Assembly (NCBI RefSeq): GCF_009914755.1
Contig: NC_060925.1
Length of the DNA stretch: 64,000 bases
DNA from: the human T2T-CHM13v2.0 reference genome, Homo sapiens
Strand: one strand, 5' to 3'
The notes under the pieces: model-generated
Database searches by the model: none
What the model was told of the DNA's origin: nothing
Seen by the model: only the letters and a program-made list of their open reading frames with translations
Program-made: the position numbers and the translations under genes
In this document: one piece after another, positions 43,037-58,000 of the stretch
Layout: every line of letters starts with the position of its first letter
Position numbering within the stretch: the stretch's first letter is position 1

Positions 43037-46000
43037 TCGAATGGAAATGAAAGGAGTCATCATCTAATGGAATTGCATGGAATCATCATAAAATGGAATC
43101 GAATGGAATCAACATCAAATGGAATCAAATGGAATCATTGAACGGAATTGAATGGAATCGTCATCGAATGAATTGACTGCAATCATCGAATGGTCTCGAA
43201 TGGAATCATCTTCAAATGGAATGGAATGGAATCATCGCATAGAATCGAATGGAATTATCATCGAATGGAATCGAATGGAATCAACATCAAACGGAAAAAA
43301 ACGGAATTATCGAATGGAATCAAAGAGAATCATCGAATGGACCCGAATGGAATCATCTAATGGAATGGAATGGAATAATCCATGGACTCGAATGCAATCA
43401 TCATCGAATGGAATCGAATGGAATCATCGAATGGACTCGAATGGAATAATCATTGAACGGAATCGAATGGAATCATCATCGGATGGAAATGAATGGAATC
43501 ATCATCGAATGGAATGGAATAGAATTATGGAATGAAATCCAGTGTGATCATCATCGAATGGACCCGAATGGAATCATCATCCAACGGAAGCTAATGGAAT
43601 CAACATCGAATGAATCGAATGGAAACACCATCGAATTGAAACGAATGGAATTATCATGAAATTGAAATGGATGGACTCATCATCGAATGGATTCGAATGG
43701 AATCATCGAATAAAATTGATTGAAATCATCATCGAATGGAATCGAATGGTATCATTGAATGGAATCGAATGGAATCATCATCAGATGGAAATGAATGGAA
43801 TCGTCATAGAATGGAATCGAATGGATTCATTGAATGGAATCAGATTGAATCATCGAATGGACTGGAATGGAATCATTGAATGGACTCGAAAGGGATCATG
43901 ATTGAATAGAATTGAATGGAATCATCGAATGGTCTCGATTGGAATCATTATCAAATGGAATCGAATGGAATCACCGAATAGAATCGAATGGAACAATCAT
44001 CGAATGGACTCAAATGGAATTATCCTCAAATGGAATCGAATGGAATTATCGAATGCAATCGAATGGAATTATCGAATGCAATCGAATAGAATCATCGAAT
44101 GGACTCGAATGGAATCATCGAATGGAATGGAATGGAACAGTCAATGAACACGAATGGAATCATCATTGAATGGAATCGAATGGAATCATCGAGTGGAATC
44201 GAATGGAATTATGATCAAATGGAATCGAATGTAATCATCATCAAATGGAATCAAAAATAACCATCATCAATTGGTATTGAATGGAATTGTCATCAAATGG
44301 AATTCAAAGGAATCATCATCAAATGGAACCGAATGGAATCCTCATTGAATGGAAATGAAAGGGGTCATCATCTAATGGAATCGCATGGAATCATCACCAA
44401 ATGGAATCGAATGGAATCATCATCAAATGGAATCTAATGGAATCATTGAACAGAATTGAATGGAATCGTCATCGAATGAATTGAATGCAATCATCGAATG
44501 GTCTCGAATGGAATCATCTTCTAATGGAAAGGAATGGAATCATCGCATAGAATCGAATGGAATTATCATCGAATGGAATCGAATGGTATCAACACCAAAC
44601 GGAAAAAAACGGAATTATCGAATGGAATCGAAGAGAATCTTCGAACGGACCCGAATGGAATCATCTAATGGAATGGAATGGAATAATCCATGGACACGAA
44701 TGCAATCATCATCGAATGGAATCGAATGGAATCATCGAATGGACTCGAATGGAATAATCATTGAACGGAATCGAATGGAATCATCATCGGATGGAAACGA
44801 ATGGAATCATCATCGAATGGAAATGAAAGGAGTCATCATCTAATGCAATTGCATGGAATCATCATCAAATGGAATCGAATGGAATCAACATCAAATGGAA
44901 TCTAATGGAATCATTGAACAGAATTGAATGGAATCGTCATCGAATGAATTGACTGCAATCATCGAATGGTCTCGAATGGAATCATCTTCTAATGGAAAGG
45001 AATGGAATCATCGCATAGAATCGAATGGAATTATCATCGAATGGAATCGAATGGTATCAACACCAAACGGAAAAAAACGGAATTATCGAAAGGAATCGAA
45101 GAGAATCTTCGAACGGACCCGAATGGAATCATCTAATGGAATGGAATGGAATAATCCATGGACTCGAATGCAATCATCATCGAATGGAATCGAATGGAAT
45201 CATCGAATGGACTCGAATGGAATAATCATTGAACGGAATCGAATGGAATCATCATCGGATGGAAATGAATGGAATCATCATCGAATGGAATCGAATAGAA
45301 TTATGGAATGAAATCCAGTGTGATCATCATCGAATGGACCCGAATGGAATCATCATCCAACAGAAGCTAATGGAATCAACATCGAATGAATCGAATGGAA
45401 ACACCATCGAATTCAAACGAATGGAATTACCATGAAATTGAAATGGATGGACTCATCATCGAATGGATTCGGATGGAATCATCGAATAAAATTGATTGAA
45501 ATCATCATCGAATGGAATCGAATGGTATCATTGAATGGAATCGAATGGAATCATCATCAGATGGAAATGAATGGAATCGTCATAGAATGGAATCGAATGG
45601 ATTCATTGAATGGAATCAGATGGAATCATCGAATGGACTGGAATGGAATCATTGAATGGACTCAAAAGGTATCATGATTGAATGGAATTGAATGGAATCA
45701 TCGAATGGTCTCGATTGGAATCATTATTAAATGGAATCGAATGGAATCACCGAATAGAATCGAATGGAACAATCATCGAATGGACTCAAATGGAATTATC
45801 CTCAAATGGAATCGAATGGAATTATCAAATGCAATCGAATGGAATTATCGAATGCAATCGAATAGAATCATCGAATGGACTCGAATGGAATCATCGAATG
45901 GAATGGAATGGAACAGTCAATGAACTCGAATGGAATCATCATTGAATGGAATCGAATGTAATCATCGAGTGGAATCGAATGGAATTATGATCAAATGGAA

Positions 46001-49000
46001 TCGAATGTAATCATCATCAAATGGAATCAAAAATAACCATCATCAATTGGTATTGAATGGAATTGTCATCAAATGGAATTCAAAGGAATCATCATCAAAT
46101 GGAACCGAATGGAATCCTCATTGAATGGAAATGAAAGGGGTCATCATCTAATGGAATCGCATGGAATCATCATCAAATGGAATCGAATGGAATCATCATC
46201 AAATGGAATCTAATGGAATCATTGAACAGAATTGAATGGAATCGTCATCGAATGAATTGAATGCAATCATCGAATGGTCTCGAATGGAATCATCTTCTAA
46301 TGGAAAGGAATGGAATCATCGCATAGAATCGAATGGAATTATCATCGAATGGAATCGAATGGTATCAACACCAAACGGAAAAAAACGGAATTATCGAATG
46401 GAATCGAAGAGAATCTTCGAACGGACCCGAATGGAATCATCTAATGGAATGGAATGGAATAATCCATGGACTCGAATGCAATCATCATCGAATGGAATCG
46501 AATGGAATCATCGAATGGACTCGAATGGAATAATCATTGAACGGAATCGAATGGAATCATCATCGGATGGAAACGAATGGAATCATCATCGAATGGAAAT
46601 GAAAGGAGTCATCATCTAATGGAATTGCATGGAATCATCATAAAATGGAATCGAATGGAATCAACATCAAATGGAATCAAATGGAATCATTGAACGGAAT
46701 TGAATGGAATCGTCATCGAATGAATTGACTGCAATCATCGAATGGTCTCGAATGGAATCATCTTCAAATGGAATGGAATGGAATCATCGCATAGAATCGA
46801 ATGGAATTATCATCGAATGGAATCGAATGGAATCAACATCAAACGGAAAAAAACAGAATTATCGTATGGAATCGAAGAGAATCATCGAGTGGACCCGAAT
46901 GGAATCATCTAATGGAATGGAATGGAATAATCCATGGACTCGAATGCAATCATCATCGAATGGAATCGAATGGAATCATCGAATGGACTCGAATGGAATA
47001 ATCATTGAACGGAATCGAATGGAATCATCATCGGATGGAAATGAATGGAATCATCATCGAATGGAATCGAATAGAATTATGGAATGAAATCCAGTGTGAT
47101 CATCATCGAATGGACCCGAATGGAATCATCATCCAACGGAAGCTAATGGAATCAACATCGAATGAATCGAATGGAAACACCATCGAATTGAAACGAATGG
47201 ATTTATCATGAAATTGAAATGGATGGACTCATCATCGAATGGATTCGAATGGAATCATCGAATAAAATTGATTGAAATCATCATCCAATGGAATCGAATG
47301 GTATCATTGAATGGAATCGAATGGAATCATCATCAGATGGAAATGAATGGAATCGTCATAGAATGGAATCGAATGGATTCATTGAATGGAATCAGATGGA
47401 ATCATCGAATGGACTGGAATGGAATCATTGAATGGACTCGAAAGGGATCATGATTGAATGGAATTGAATGGAATCATCGAATGGTCTCGATTGGAATCAT
47501 TATCAAATGGAATCGAATGGAATCATCGAATAGAATCGAATGGAACAATCATCGAATGTACTCAAATGGAATTATCCTCAAATGGAATCGAATGGAATTA
47601 TCGAATGCAATCGAATGGAATTATCGAATGCAATCGAATAGAATCATCGAATGGACTCGAATGGAATCATCGAATGGAATGGAATGGAACAGTCAATGAA
47701 CTCGAATGGAATCATCATTGAATGGAATCGAATGGAATCATCGAGTGGAATCGAATGGAATTATGATCAAATGGAATCGAATGTAATCATCATCAAATGG
47801 AATCAAAAATAACCATCATCAATTGGTATTGAATGGAATTGTCATCAAATGGAATTCAAAGGAATCATCATCAAATGGAACCGAATGGAATCCTCATTGA
47901 ATGGAAATGAAAGGGGTCATCATCTAATGGAATCGCATGGAATCATCATCAAATGGAATCGAATGGAATCACCATCAAATGGAATCTAATGGAATCATTG
48001 AACAGAATTGAATGGAATCGTCATCGAATGAATTGAATACAATCATCGAATGGTCTCGAATGGATTCATCTTCTAATGGAAAGGAATGGAATCATCGCAT
48101 AGAATCGAATGGAATTATCATCGAATGGAATCGAATGGTATCAACACCAAACGGAAAAAAACGGAATTATCGAATGGAATCGAAGAGAATCTTCGAACGG
48201 ACCCGAATGGAATCATCTAATGGAATGGAATGGAATAATCCATGGACTCGAATGCAATCATCATCGAATGGAATCGAATGGAATCATCGAATGGACTCGA
48301 ATGGAATAATCATTGAACGGAATCGATTGGAATCATCATCGGATGGAAACGAATGGAATCATCATCGAATGGAAATGAAAGGAGTCATCATCTAATGGAA
48401 TTGCATGGAATCATCATAAAATGGAATCGAATGGAATCAACATCAAATGGAATCAAATGGAATCATTGAACGGAATTGAATGGAATCGTCATCGAATGAA
48501 TTGACTGCAATCATCCAATGGTCTCGAATGGAATCATCTTCAAATGGAATGGAATGGAATCATCGCATAGAATCGAATGGAATTATCATCGAATGGAATC
48601 GAATGGAATCAACATCCAACGGAAAAAAACGGAATTATCGAATGGAATCGTAGAGAATCATCGAATGGACCCGAATGGAATCATGTAATGGAATGGAATG
48701 GAATAATCCATGGACTCGAATGCAATCATCATCGAATGGAATCGAATGGAATCATCGAATGGACTCGAATGGAATAATCATTGAACGGAATCGAATGGAA
48801 TCATCATCGGATGGAAATGAATGGAATCATCATCGAATGGAATCGAATAGAATTATGGAATGAAATCCAGTGTGATCATCATCGAATGGACCCGAATGGA
48901 ATCATCATCCAACGGAAGCTAATGGAATCAACATCGAATGAATCAAATGGAAACACCATCGAATTGAAACGAATGGAATTATCATGAAATTGAAATGGAT

Positions 49001-52000
49001 GGACTCATCATCGAATGGATTCGAATGGAATCATCGAATAAAATTGATTGAAATCATCATCGAATGGAATCGAATGGTATCATTGAATGGAATCGAATGG
49101 AATCATCATCAGATGGAAATGAATGGAATCGTCATAGAATGGAATCGAATGGATTCATTGAATGGAATCAGATGGAATCATCGAATGGACTGGAATGGAA
49201 TCATTGAATGGACTCGAAAGGGATCATTATTGAATGGAATTGAATGGAATCATCGAATGGTCTCGATTGGAATCATTATCAAATGGAATCGAATGGAATC
49301 ACCGAATAGAATCGAATGGAACAATCATCGAATGGACTCAAATGGAATTATCCTCAAATGGAATCGAATGGAATTATCGAATGCAATCGAATGGAATTAT
49401 CGAATGCAATCGAATAGAATCATCGAATGGACTCGAATGGAATCATCGAATGGAATGGAATGGAACAGTCAATGAACTCGAATGGAATCATCATTGAATG
49501 GAATCGAATGGAATCATCGAGTGGAATCGAATGGAATTATGATCAAATGGAATCGAATGTAATCATCATCAAATGGAATCAAAAATAACCATCATCAATT
49601 GGTATTGAATGGAATTGTCATCAAATGGAATTCAAAGGAATCATCATCAAATGGAACCGAATGGAATCCTCATTGAATGGAAATGAAAGGGGTCATCATC
49701 TAATGGAATCGCATGGAATCATCATAAAATGGAATCGAATGAAATCAACATCAAATGGAATCAAATGGAATCATTGAACGGAATTGAATGGAATCGTCAT
49801 CGAATGAATTGGATGCAATCATCGAATGGTCTCGAATGGAATCTTCTTCAAATGGAATGGAATGGAATCATCGCATAGAATCGAATGGAATTATCATCGA
49901 ATGGAATCGAATGGAATCAACATCAAACGGAAAAAAACGGAATTATCGAATGGAATCGAAGAGAATCATCGAATGGACCCGAATGGAATCATCTAATGGA
50001 ATGGAATGGAATAATCCATGGACTCGAATGCAATCATCATCGAATGGAATCGAATGGAATCATCGAATGGACTCGAATGGAATAATCATTGAACGGAATC
50101 GAATGGAATCATCATCGGATGGAAATGAATGGAATCATCATCGAATGGAATCGAATACAATTATGGAATGAAATCCAGTGTGATCATCATCGAATGGACC
50201 CGAATGGAATCATCATCCAACGGAAGCTAATGGAATCAACATCGAATGAATCAAATGGAAACACCATCGAATTGAAACGAATGGAATTATCATGAAATTG
50301 AAATGGATGGACTCATCATCGAATGGATTCGAAAGGAATCATCGAATAAAATTGATTGAAATCATCATCGAATGGAATCGAATGGTATCATTGAATGGAA
50401 TCGAATGGAATCATCATCAGATGGAAATGAATGGAATCGTCATAGAATGGAATCGAATGGATTCATTGAATGGAATCAGATGGAATCATCCAATGGACTG
50501 GAATGGAATCATTGAATGGACTCGAAAGGGATCATGATTGAATGGAATTGAATGGAATCATCGAATGGTCTCGATTGGAATCATTATCAAATGGAATCGA
50601 ATGGAATCACCGAATAGAATCGAATGGAACAATCATCGAATGGACTCAAATGGAATTATCCTCAAATGGAATCGAATGGAATTATCGAATGCAATCGAAT
50701 GGAATTATCGAATGCAATCGAATAGAATGATCGAATGGACTCGAATGGAATCATTGAATGGAATGGAATGGAACAGTCAATGAACTCGAATGGAATCATC
50801 ATTGAATGGAATCGAATGGAATCATCGAGTGGAATCGAATGGAATTATGATCAAATGGAATCGAATGTAATCATCATCAAATGGAATCAAAAATAACCAT
50901 CATAAATTGGTATTGAATGGAATTGTCATCAAATGGAATTCAAAGGAATCAATATCAAATGGAACCGAATGGAATCCTCATTGAATGGAAATGAAAGGGG
51001 TCATCATCTAATGGAATCGCATGGAATCATCATCAAATGGAATCGAATGGAATCATCATCAAATGGAATCTAATGGAATCATTGAACAGAATTGAATGGA
51101 ATCGTCATCGAATGAATTGAATGCAATCATCGAATGGTCTCGAATGGAATCATCTTCTAATGGAAAGGAATGGAATCATCGCATAGAATCGAATGGAATT
51201 ATCATCGAATGGAATCGAATGGTATCAACACCAAACGGAAAAAAACGGAATTATCGAATGGAATCGAAGAGAATCTTCGAACGGACCCGAATGGAATCAT
51301 CTAATGGAATGGAATGGAATAATCCATGGACTCGAATGCAATCATCAACGAATGGAATCGAAGGGAATCATCGAATGGACTCGAACGGAATAATCATTGA
51401 ACGGAATCGAATGGAATCATCATCGGATGGAAACGAATGGAATCATCATCGAATGGAAATGAAAGGAGTCATCATCTAATGGAATTGCATGGAATCATCA
51501 TAAAATGGAATCGAATGGAATCAACATCAAATGGAATCAAATGGAATCATTGAACGGAATTGAATGGAATCGTCATCGAATGAATTGACTGCAATCATCG
51601 AATGGTCTCGAATGGAATCATCTTCAAATGGAATGGAATGGAATCATCGCATACAATCGAATGGAATTATCATCGAATGGAATCGAATGGAATCAACATC
51701 AAACGGAAAAAAACGGAATTATCGAATGGAATCGAAGAGAATCATCGAATGGACCCGAATGGAATCATCTAATGGAATGGAATGGAATAATCCATGGACT
51801 CGAATGCAATCATCATCGAATGGAATCGAATGGAATCATCGAATGGACTCGAATGGAATAATCATTGAACGGAATCGAATGGAATCATCATCGGATGGAA
51901 ATGAATGGAATCATCATCGAATGGAATCGAATAGAATTATGGAATGAAATCCAGTGTGATCATCATCGAATGGACCCGAATGGAATCATCATCCAACGGA

Positions 52001-55000
52001 AGCTAATGGAATCAACATCGAATGAATCGAATGGAAACACCATCGAATTGAAACGAATGGAATTATCATGAAATTGAAATGGATGGACTCATCATCGAAT
52101 GGATTCGAATGGAATCATCGAATAAAATTGATTGAAATCATCATCGAATGGAATCGAATGGTATCATTGAATGGAATCGAATGGAATCATCATCAGATGG
52201 AAATGAATGGAATCGTCATAGAATGGAATCGAATGGATTCATTGAATGGAATCAGATGGAATCATCGAATGGACTGGAATGGAATCATTGAATGGACTCG
52301 AAAGGGATCATGATTGAATGGAATTGAATGGAATCATCGAATGGTCTCGATTGGAATCATTATCAAATGGAATCGAATGGAATCACCGAATAGAATCGAA
52401 TGGAACAATCATCGAATGGACTCAAATGGAATTATCCTCCAATGGAATCGAATGGAATTATCGAATGCAATCGAATGGAATTATCGAATGCAATCGAATA
52501 GAATCATCGAATGGACTCGAATGGAATCATCGAATGGAATGGAATGGAACAGTCAATGAACACGAATGGAATCATCATTGAATGGAATCGAATGGAATCA
52601 TCGAGTGGAATCGAATGGAATTATGATCAAATGGAATCGAATGTAATCATCATCAAATGGAATCAAAAATAACCATCATCAATTGCTATTGAATGGAACT
52701 GTCATCAAATGGAATTCAAAGGAATCATCATCAAATGGAACCGAATGGAATCCTCATTGAATGGAAATGAAAGGGGTCATCATCTAATGGAATCGCATGG
52801 AATCATCATCAAATGGAATCGAATGGAATCATCATCAAATGGAATCTAATGGAATCATTGAACAGAATTGAATGGAATCGTCATCGAATGAATTGAATGC
52901 AATCATCGAATGGTCTCGAATGGAATCATCTTCTAATGGAAAGGAATGGAATCATCGCATAGAATCGAATGGAATTATCATCGAATGGAATCGAATGGTA
53001 TCAACACCAAACGGAAAAAAACGGAATTATCGAATGGAATCGAAGAGAATCTTCGAACGGACCCGAATGGAATCATCTAATGGAATGGAATGGAATAATC
53101 CATGGACTCGAATGCAATCATCATCGAATGGAATCGAATGGAATCATCGAATGGACTCGAATGGAATAATCATTGAACGGAATCGAATGGAATCATCATC
53201 GGATGGAAACGAATGGAATCATCGAATGAACTCGAATGGAATCATCATTGAATGGAATCGAATGGAATCATCGAGTGGAATCGAATGGAATTATGATCAA
53301 ATGGAATCGAATCTAATCATCATCAAATGGAATCAAAAATAACCATCATCAATTGGTATTGAATGGAATTGTCATCAAATGGAATTCAAAGGAATCATCA
53401 TCAAATGGAACCGAATGGAATCCTCATTGAATGGAAATGAAAGGGGTCATCATCTAATGGAATCGCATGGAATCATCATCAAATGGAATCGAATGGAATC
53501 ATCATCAAATGGAATCTAATGGAATCATTGAACAGAATTGAATGGAATCGTCATCGAATGAATTGAATGCAATCATCGAATGGTCTCGAATGGAATCATC
53601 TTCTAATGGAAAGGAATGGAATCATCGCATAGAATCGAATGGAATTATCATCGAATGGAATCGAATGGTATCAACACCAAACGGAAAAAAACGGAATTAT
53701 CGAATGGAATCGAAGAGAATCTTCGAACGGACCCGAATGGAATCATCTAATGGAATGGAATGGAATAATCCATGGACTCGAATGCAATCATCATCGAATG
53801 GAATCGAATGGAATCATCGAATGGACTCGAATGGAATAATCATTGAACGGAATCGAATGGAATCATCATCGGATGGAAACGAATGGAATCATCATCGAAT
53901 GGAAATGAAAGGAGTCATCATCTAATGGAATTGCATGGAATCATCATAAAATGGAATCGAATGGAATCAACATCAAATGGAATCAAATGGAATCATTGAA
54001 CGGAATTGAATGGAATCGTCATCGAATGAATTGACTGCAATCATCGAATGGTCTCGAATGGAATCATCTTCAAATGGAATGGAATGGAATCATCGCATAG
54101 AATCGAATGGAATTATCATCGAATGGAATCGAATGGAATCAACATCAAACGGAAAAAAACGGAATTATCGAATGGAATCAAAGAGAATCATCGAATGGAC
54201 CCGAATGGAATCATCTAATGGAATGGAATGGAATAATCCATGGACTCGAATGCAATCATCATCGAATGGAATCGAATGGAATCATCGAATGGACTCGAAT
54301 GGAATAATCATTGAACGGAATCGAATGCAATCATCATCGGATGGAAATGAATGGAATCATCATCGAATGGAATGGAATAGAATTATGGAATGAAATCCAG
54401 TGTGATCATCATCGAATGGACCCGAATGGAATCATCATCCAACGGAAGCTAATGGAATCAACATCGAATGAATCGAATGGAAACACCATCGAATTGAAAC
54501 GAATGGAATTATCATGAAATTGAAATGGATGGACTCATCATCGAATGGATTCGAATGGAATCATCGAATAAAATTGATTGAAATCATCATCGAATGGAAT
54601 CGAATGGTATCATTGAATGGAATCGAATGGAATCATCATCAGATGGAAATGAATGGAATCGTCATAGAATGGAATCGAATGGATTCATTGAATGGAATCA
54701 GATTGAATCATCGAATGGACTGGAATGGAATCATTGAATGGACTCGAAAGGGATCATGATTGAATGGAATTGAATGGAATCATCGAATGGTCTCGATTGG
54801 AATCATTATCAAATGGAATCGAATGGAATCACCGAATAGAATCGAATGGAACAATCATCGAATGGACTCAAATGGAATTATCCTCAAATGGAATCGAATG
54901 GAATTATCGAATGCAATCGAATGGAATTATCGAATGCAATCGAATAGAATCATCGAATGGACTCGAATGGAATCACCGAATGGAATGGAATGGAACAGTC

Positions 55001-58000
55001 AATGAACACGAATGGAATCATCATTGAATGGAATCGAATGGAATCATCGAGTGGAATCGAATGGAATTATGATCAAATGGAATCGAATGTAATCATCATC
55101 AAATGGAATCAAAAATAACCATCATCAATTGGTATTGAATGGAATTGTCATCAAATGGAATTCAAAGGAATCATCATCAAATGGAACCGAATGGAATCCT
55201 CATTGAATGGAAATGAAAGGGGTCATCATCTAATGGAATCGCATGGAATCATCACCAAATGGAATCGAATGGAATCATCATCAAATGGAATCTAATGGAA
55301 TCATTGAACAGAATTGAATGGAATCGTCATCGAATGAATTGAATGCAATCATCGAATGGTCTCGAATGGAATCATCTTCTAATGGAAAGGAATGGAATCA
55401 TCGCATAGAATCGAATGGAATTATCATCGAATGGAATCGAATGGTATCAACACCAAACGGAAAAAAACGGAATTATCGAATGGAATAGAAGAGAATCTTC
55501 GAACGGACCCGAATGGAATCATCTAATGGAATGGAATGGAATAATCCATGGAATCGAATGCAATCATCATCGAATGGAATCGAATGGAATCATCGAATGG
55601 ACTCGAATGGAATAATCATTGAACGGAATCGAATGGAATCATCATCGGATGGAAACGAATGGAATCATCATCGAATGGAAATGAAAGGAGTCATCATCTA
55701 ATGCAATTGCATGGAATCATCATCAAATGGAATCGAATGGAATCAACATCAAATGGAATCTAATGGAATCATTGAACAGAATTGAATGGAATCGTCATCG
55801 AATGAATTGACTGCAATCATCGAATGGTCTCGAATGGAATCATCTTCTAATGGAAAGGAATGGAATCATCGCATAGAATCGAATGGAATTATCATCGAAT
55901 GGAATCGAATGGTATCAACACCAAACGGAAAAAAACGTAATTATCGAAAGGAATCGAAGAGAATCTTCGAACGGACCCGAATGGAATCATCTAATGGAAT
56001 GGAATGGAATAATCCATGGACTCGAATGCAATCATCATCGAATGGAATCGAATGGAATCATCGAATGGACTCGAATGGAATAATCATTGAACGGAATCGA
56101 ATGGAATCATCATCGGATGGAAATGAATGGAATCATCATCGAATGGAATCGAATAGAATTATGGAATGAAATCCAGTGTGATCATCATCGAATGGACCCG
56201 AATGGAATCATCATCCAACAGAAGCTAATGGAATCAACATCGAATGAATCGAATGGAAACACCATCGAATTCAAACGAATGGAATTACCATGAAATTGAA
56301 ATGGATGGACTCATCATCGAATGGATTCGGATGGAATCATCGAATAAAATTGATTGAAATCATCATCGAATGGAATCGAATGGTATCATTGAATGGAATC
56401 GAATGGAATCATCATCAGATGGAAATGAATGGAATCGTCATAGAATGGAATCGAATGGATTCATTGAATGGAATCAGATGGAATCATCGAATGGACTGGA
56501 ATGGAATCATTGAATGGACTCAAAAGGTATCATGATTGAATGGAATTGAATGGAATCATCGAATGGTCTCGATTGGAATCATTATTAAATGGAATCGAAT
56601 GGAATCACCGAATAGAATCGAATGGAACAATCATCGAATGGACTCAAATGGAATTATCCTCAAATGGAATCGAATGGAATTATCAAATGCAATCGAATGG
56701 AATTATCGAATGCAATCGAATAGAATCATCGAATGGACTCGAATGGAATCATCGAATGGAATGGAATGGAACAGTCAATGAACTCGAATGGAATCATCAT
56801 TGAATGGAATCGAATGTAATCATCGAGTGGAATCGAATGGAATTATGATCAAATGGAATCGAATGTAATCATCATCAAATGGAATCAAAAATAACCATCA
56901 TCAATTGGTATTGAATGGAATTGTCATCAAATGGAATTCAAAGGAATCATCATCAAATGGAACCGAATGGAATCCTCATTGAATGGAAATGAAAGGGGTC
57001 ATCATCTAATGGAATCGCATGGAATCATCATCAAATGGAATCGAATGGAATCATCATCAAATGGAATCTAATGGAATCATTGAACAGAATTGAATGGAAT
57101 CGTCATCGAATGAATTGAATGCAATCATCGAATGGTCTCGAATGGAATCATCTTCTAATGGAAAGGAATGGAATCATCGCATAGAATCGAATGGAATTAT
57201 CATCGAATGGAATCGAATGGTATCAACACCAAACGGAAAAAAACGGAATTATCGAATGGAATCGAAGAGAATCTTCGAACGGACCCGAATGGAATCATCT
57301 AATGGAATGGAATGGAATAATCCATGGACTCGAATGCAATCATCATCGAATGGAATCGAATGGAATCATCGAATGGACTCGAATGGAATAATCATTGAAC
57401 GGAATCGAATGGAATCATCATCGGATGGAAACGAATGGAATCATCATCGAATGGAAATGAAAGGAGTCATCATCTAATGGAATTGCATGGAATCATCATA
57501 AAATGGAATCGAATGGAATCAACATCAAATGGAATCAAATGGAATCATTGAACGGAATTGAATGGAATCGTCATCGAATGAATTGACTGCAATCATCGAA
57601 TGGTCTCGAATGGAATCATCTTCAAATGGAATGGAATGGAATCATCGCATAGAATCGAATGGAATTATCATCGAATGGAATCGAATGGAATCAACATCAA
57701 ACGGAAAAAAACAGAATTATCGTATGGAATCGAAGAGAATCATCGAGTGGACCCGAATGGAATCATCTAATGGAATGGAATGGAATAATCCATGGACTCG
57801 AATGCAATCATCATCGAATGGAATCGAATGGAATCATCGAATGGACTCGAATGGAATAATCATTGAACGGAATCGAATGGAATCATCATCGGATGGAAAT
57901 GAATGGAATCATCATCGAATGGAATCGAATAGAATTATGGAATGAAATCCAGTGTGATCATCATCGAATGGACCCGAATGGAATCATCATCCAACGGAAG

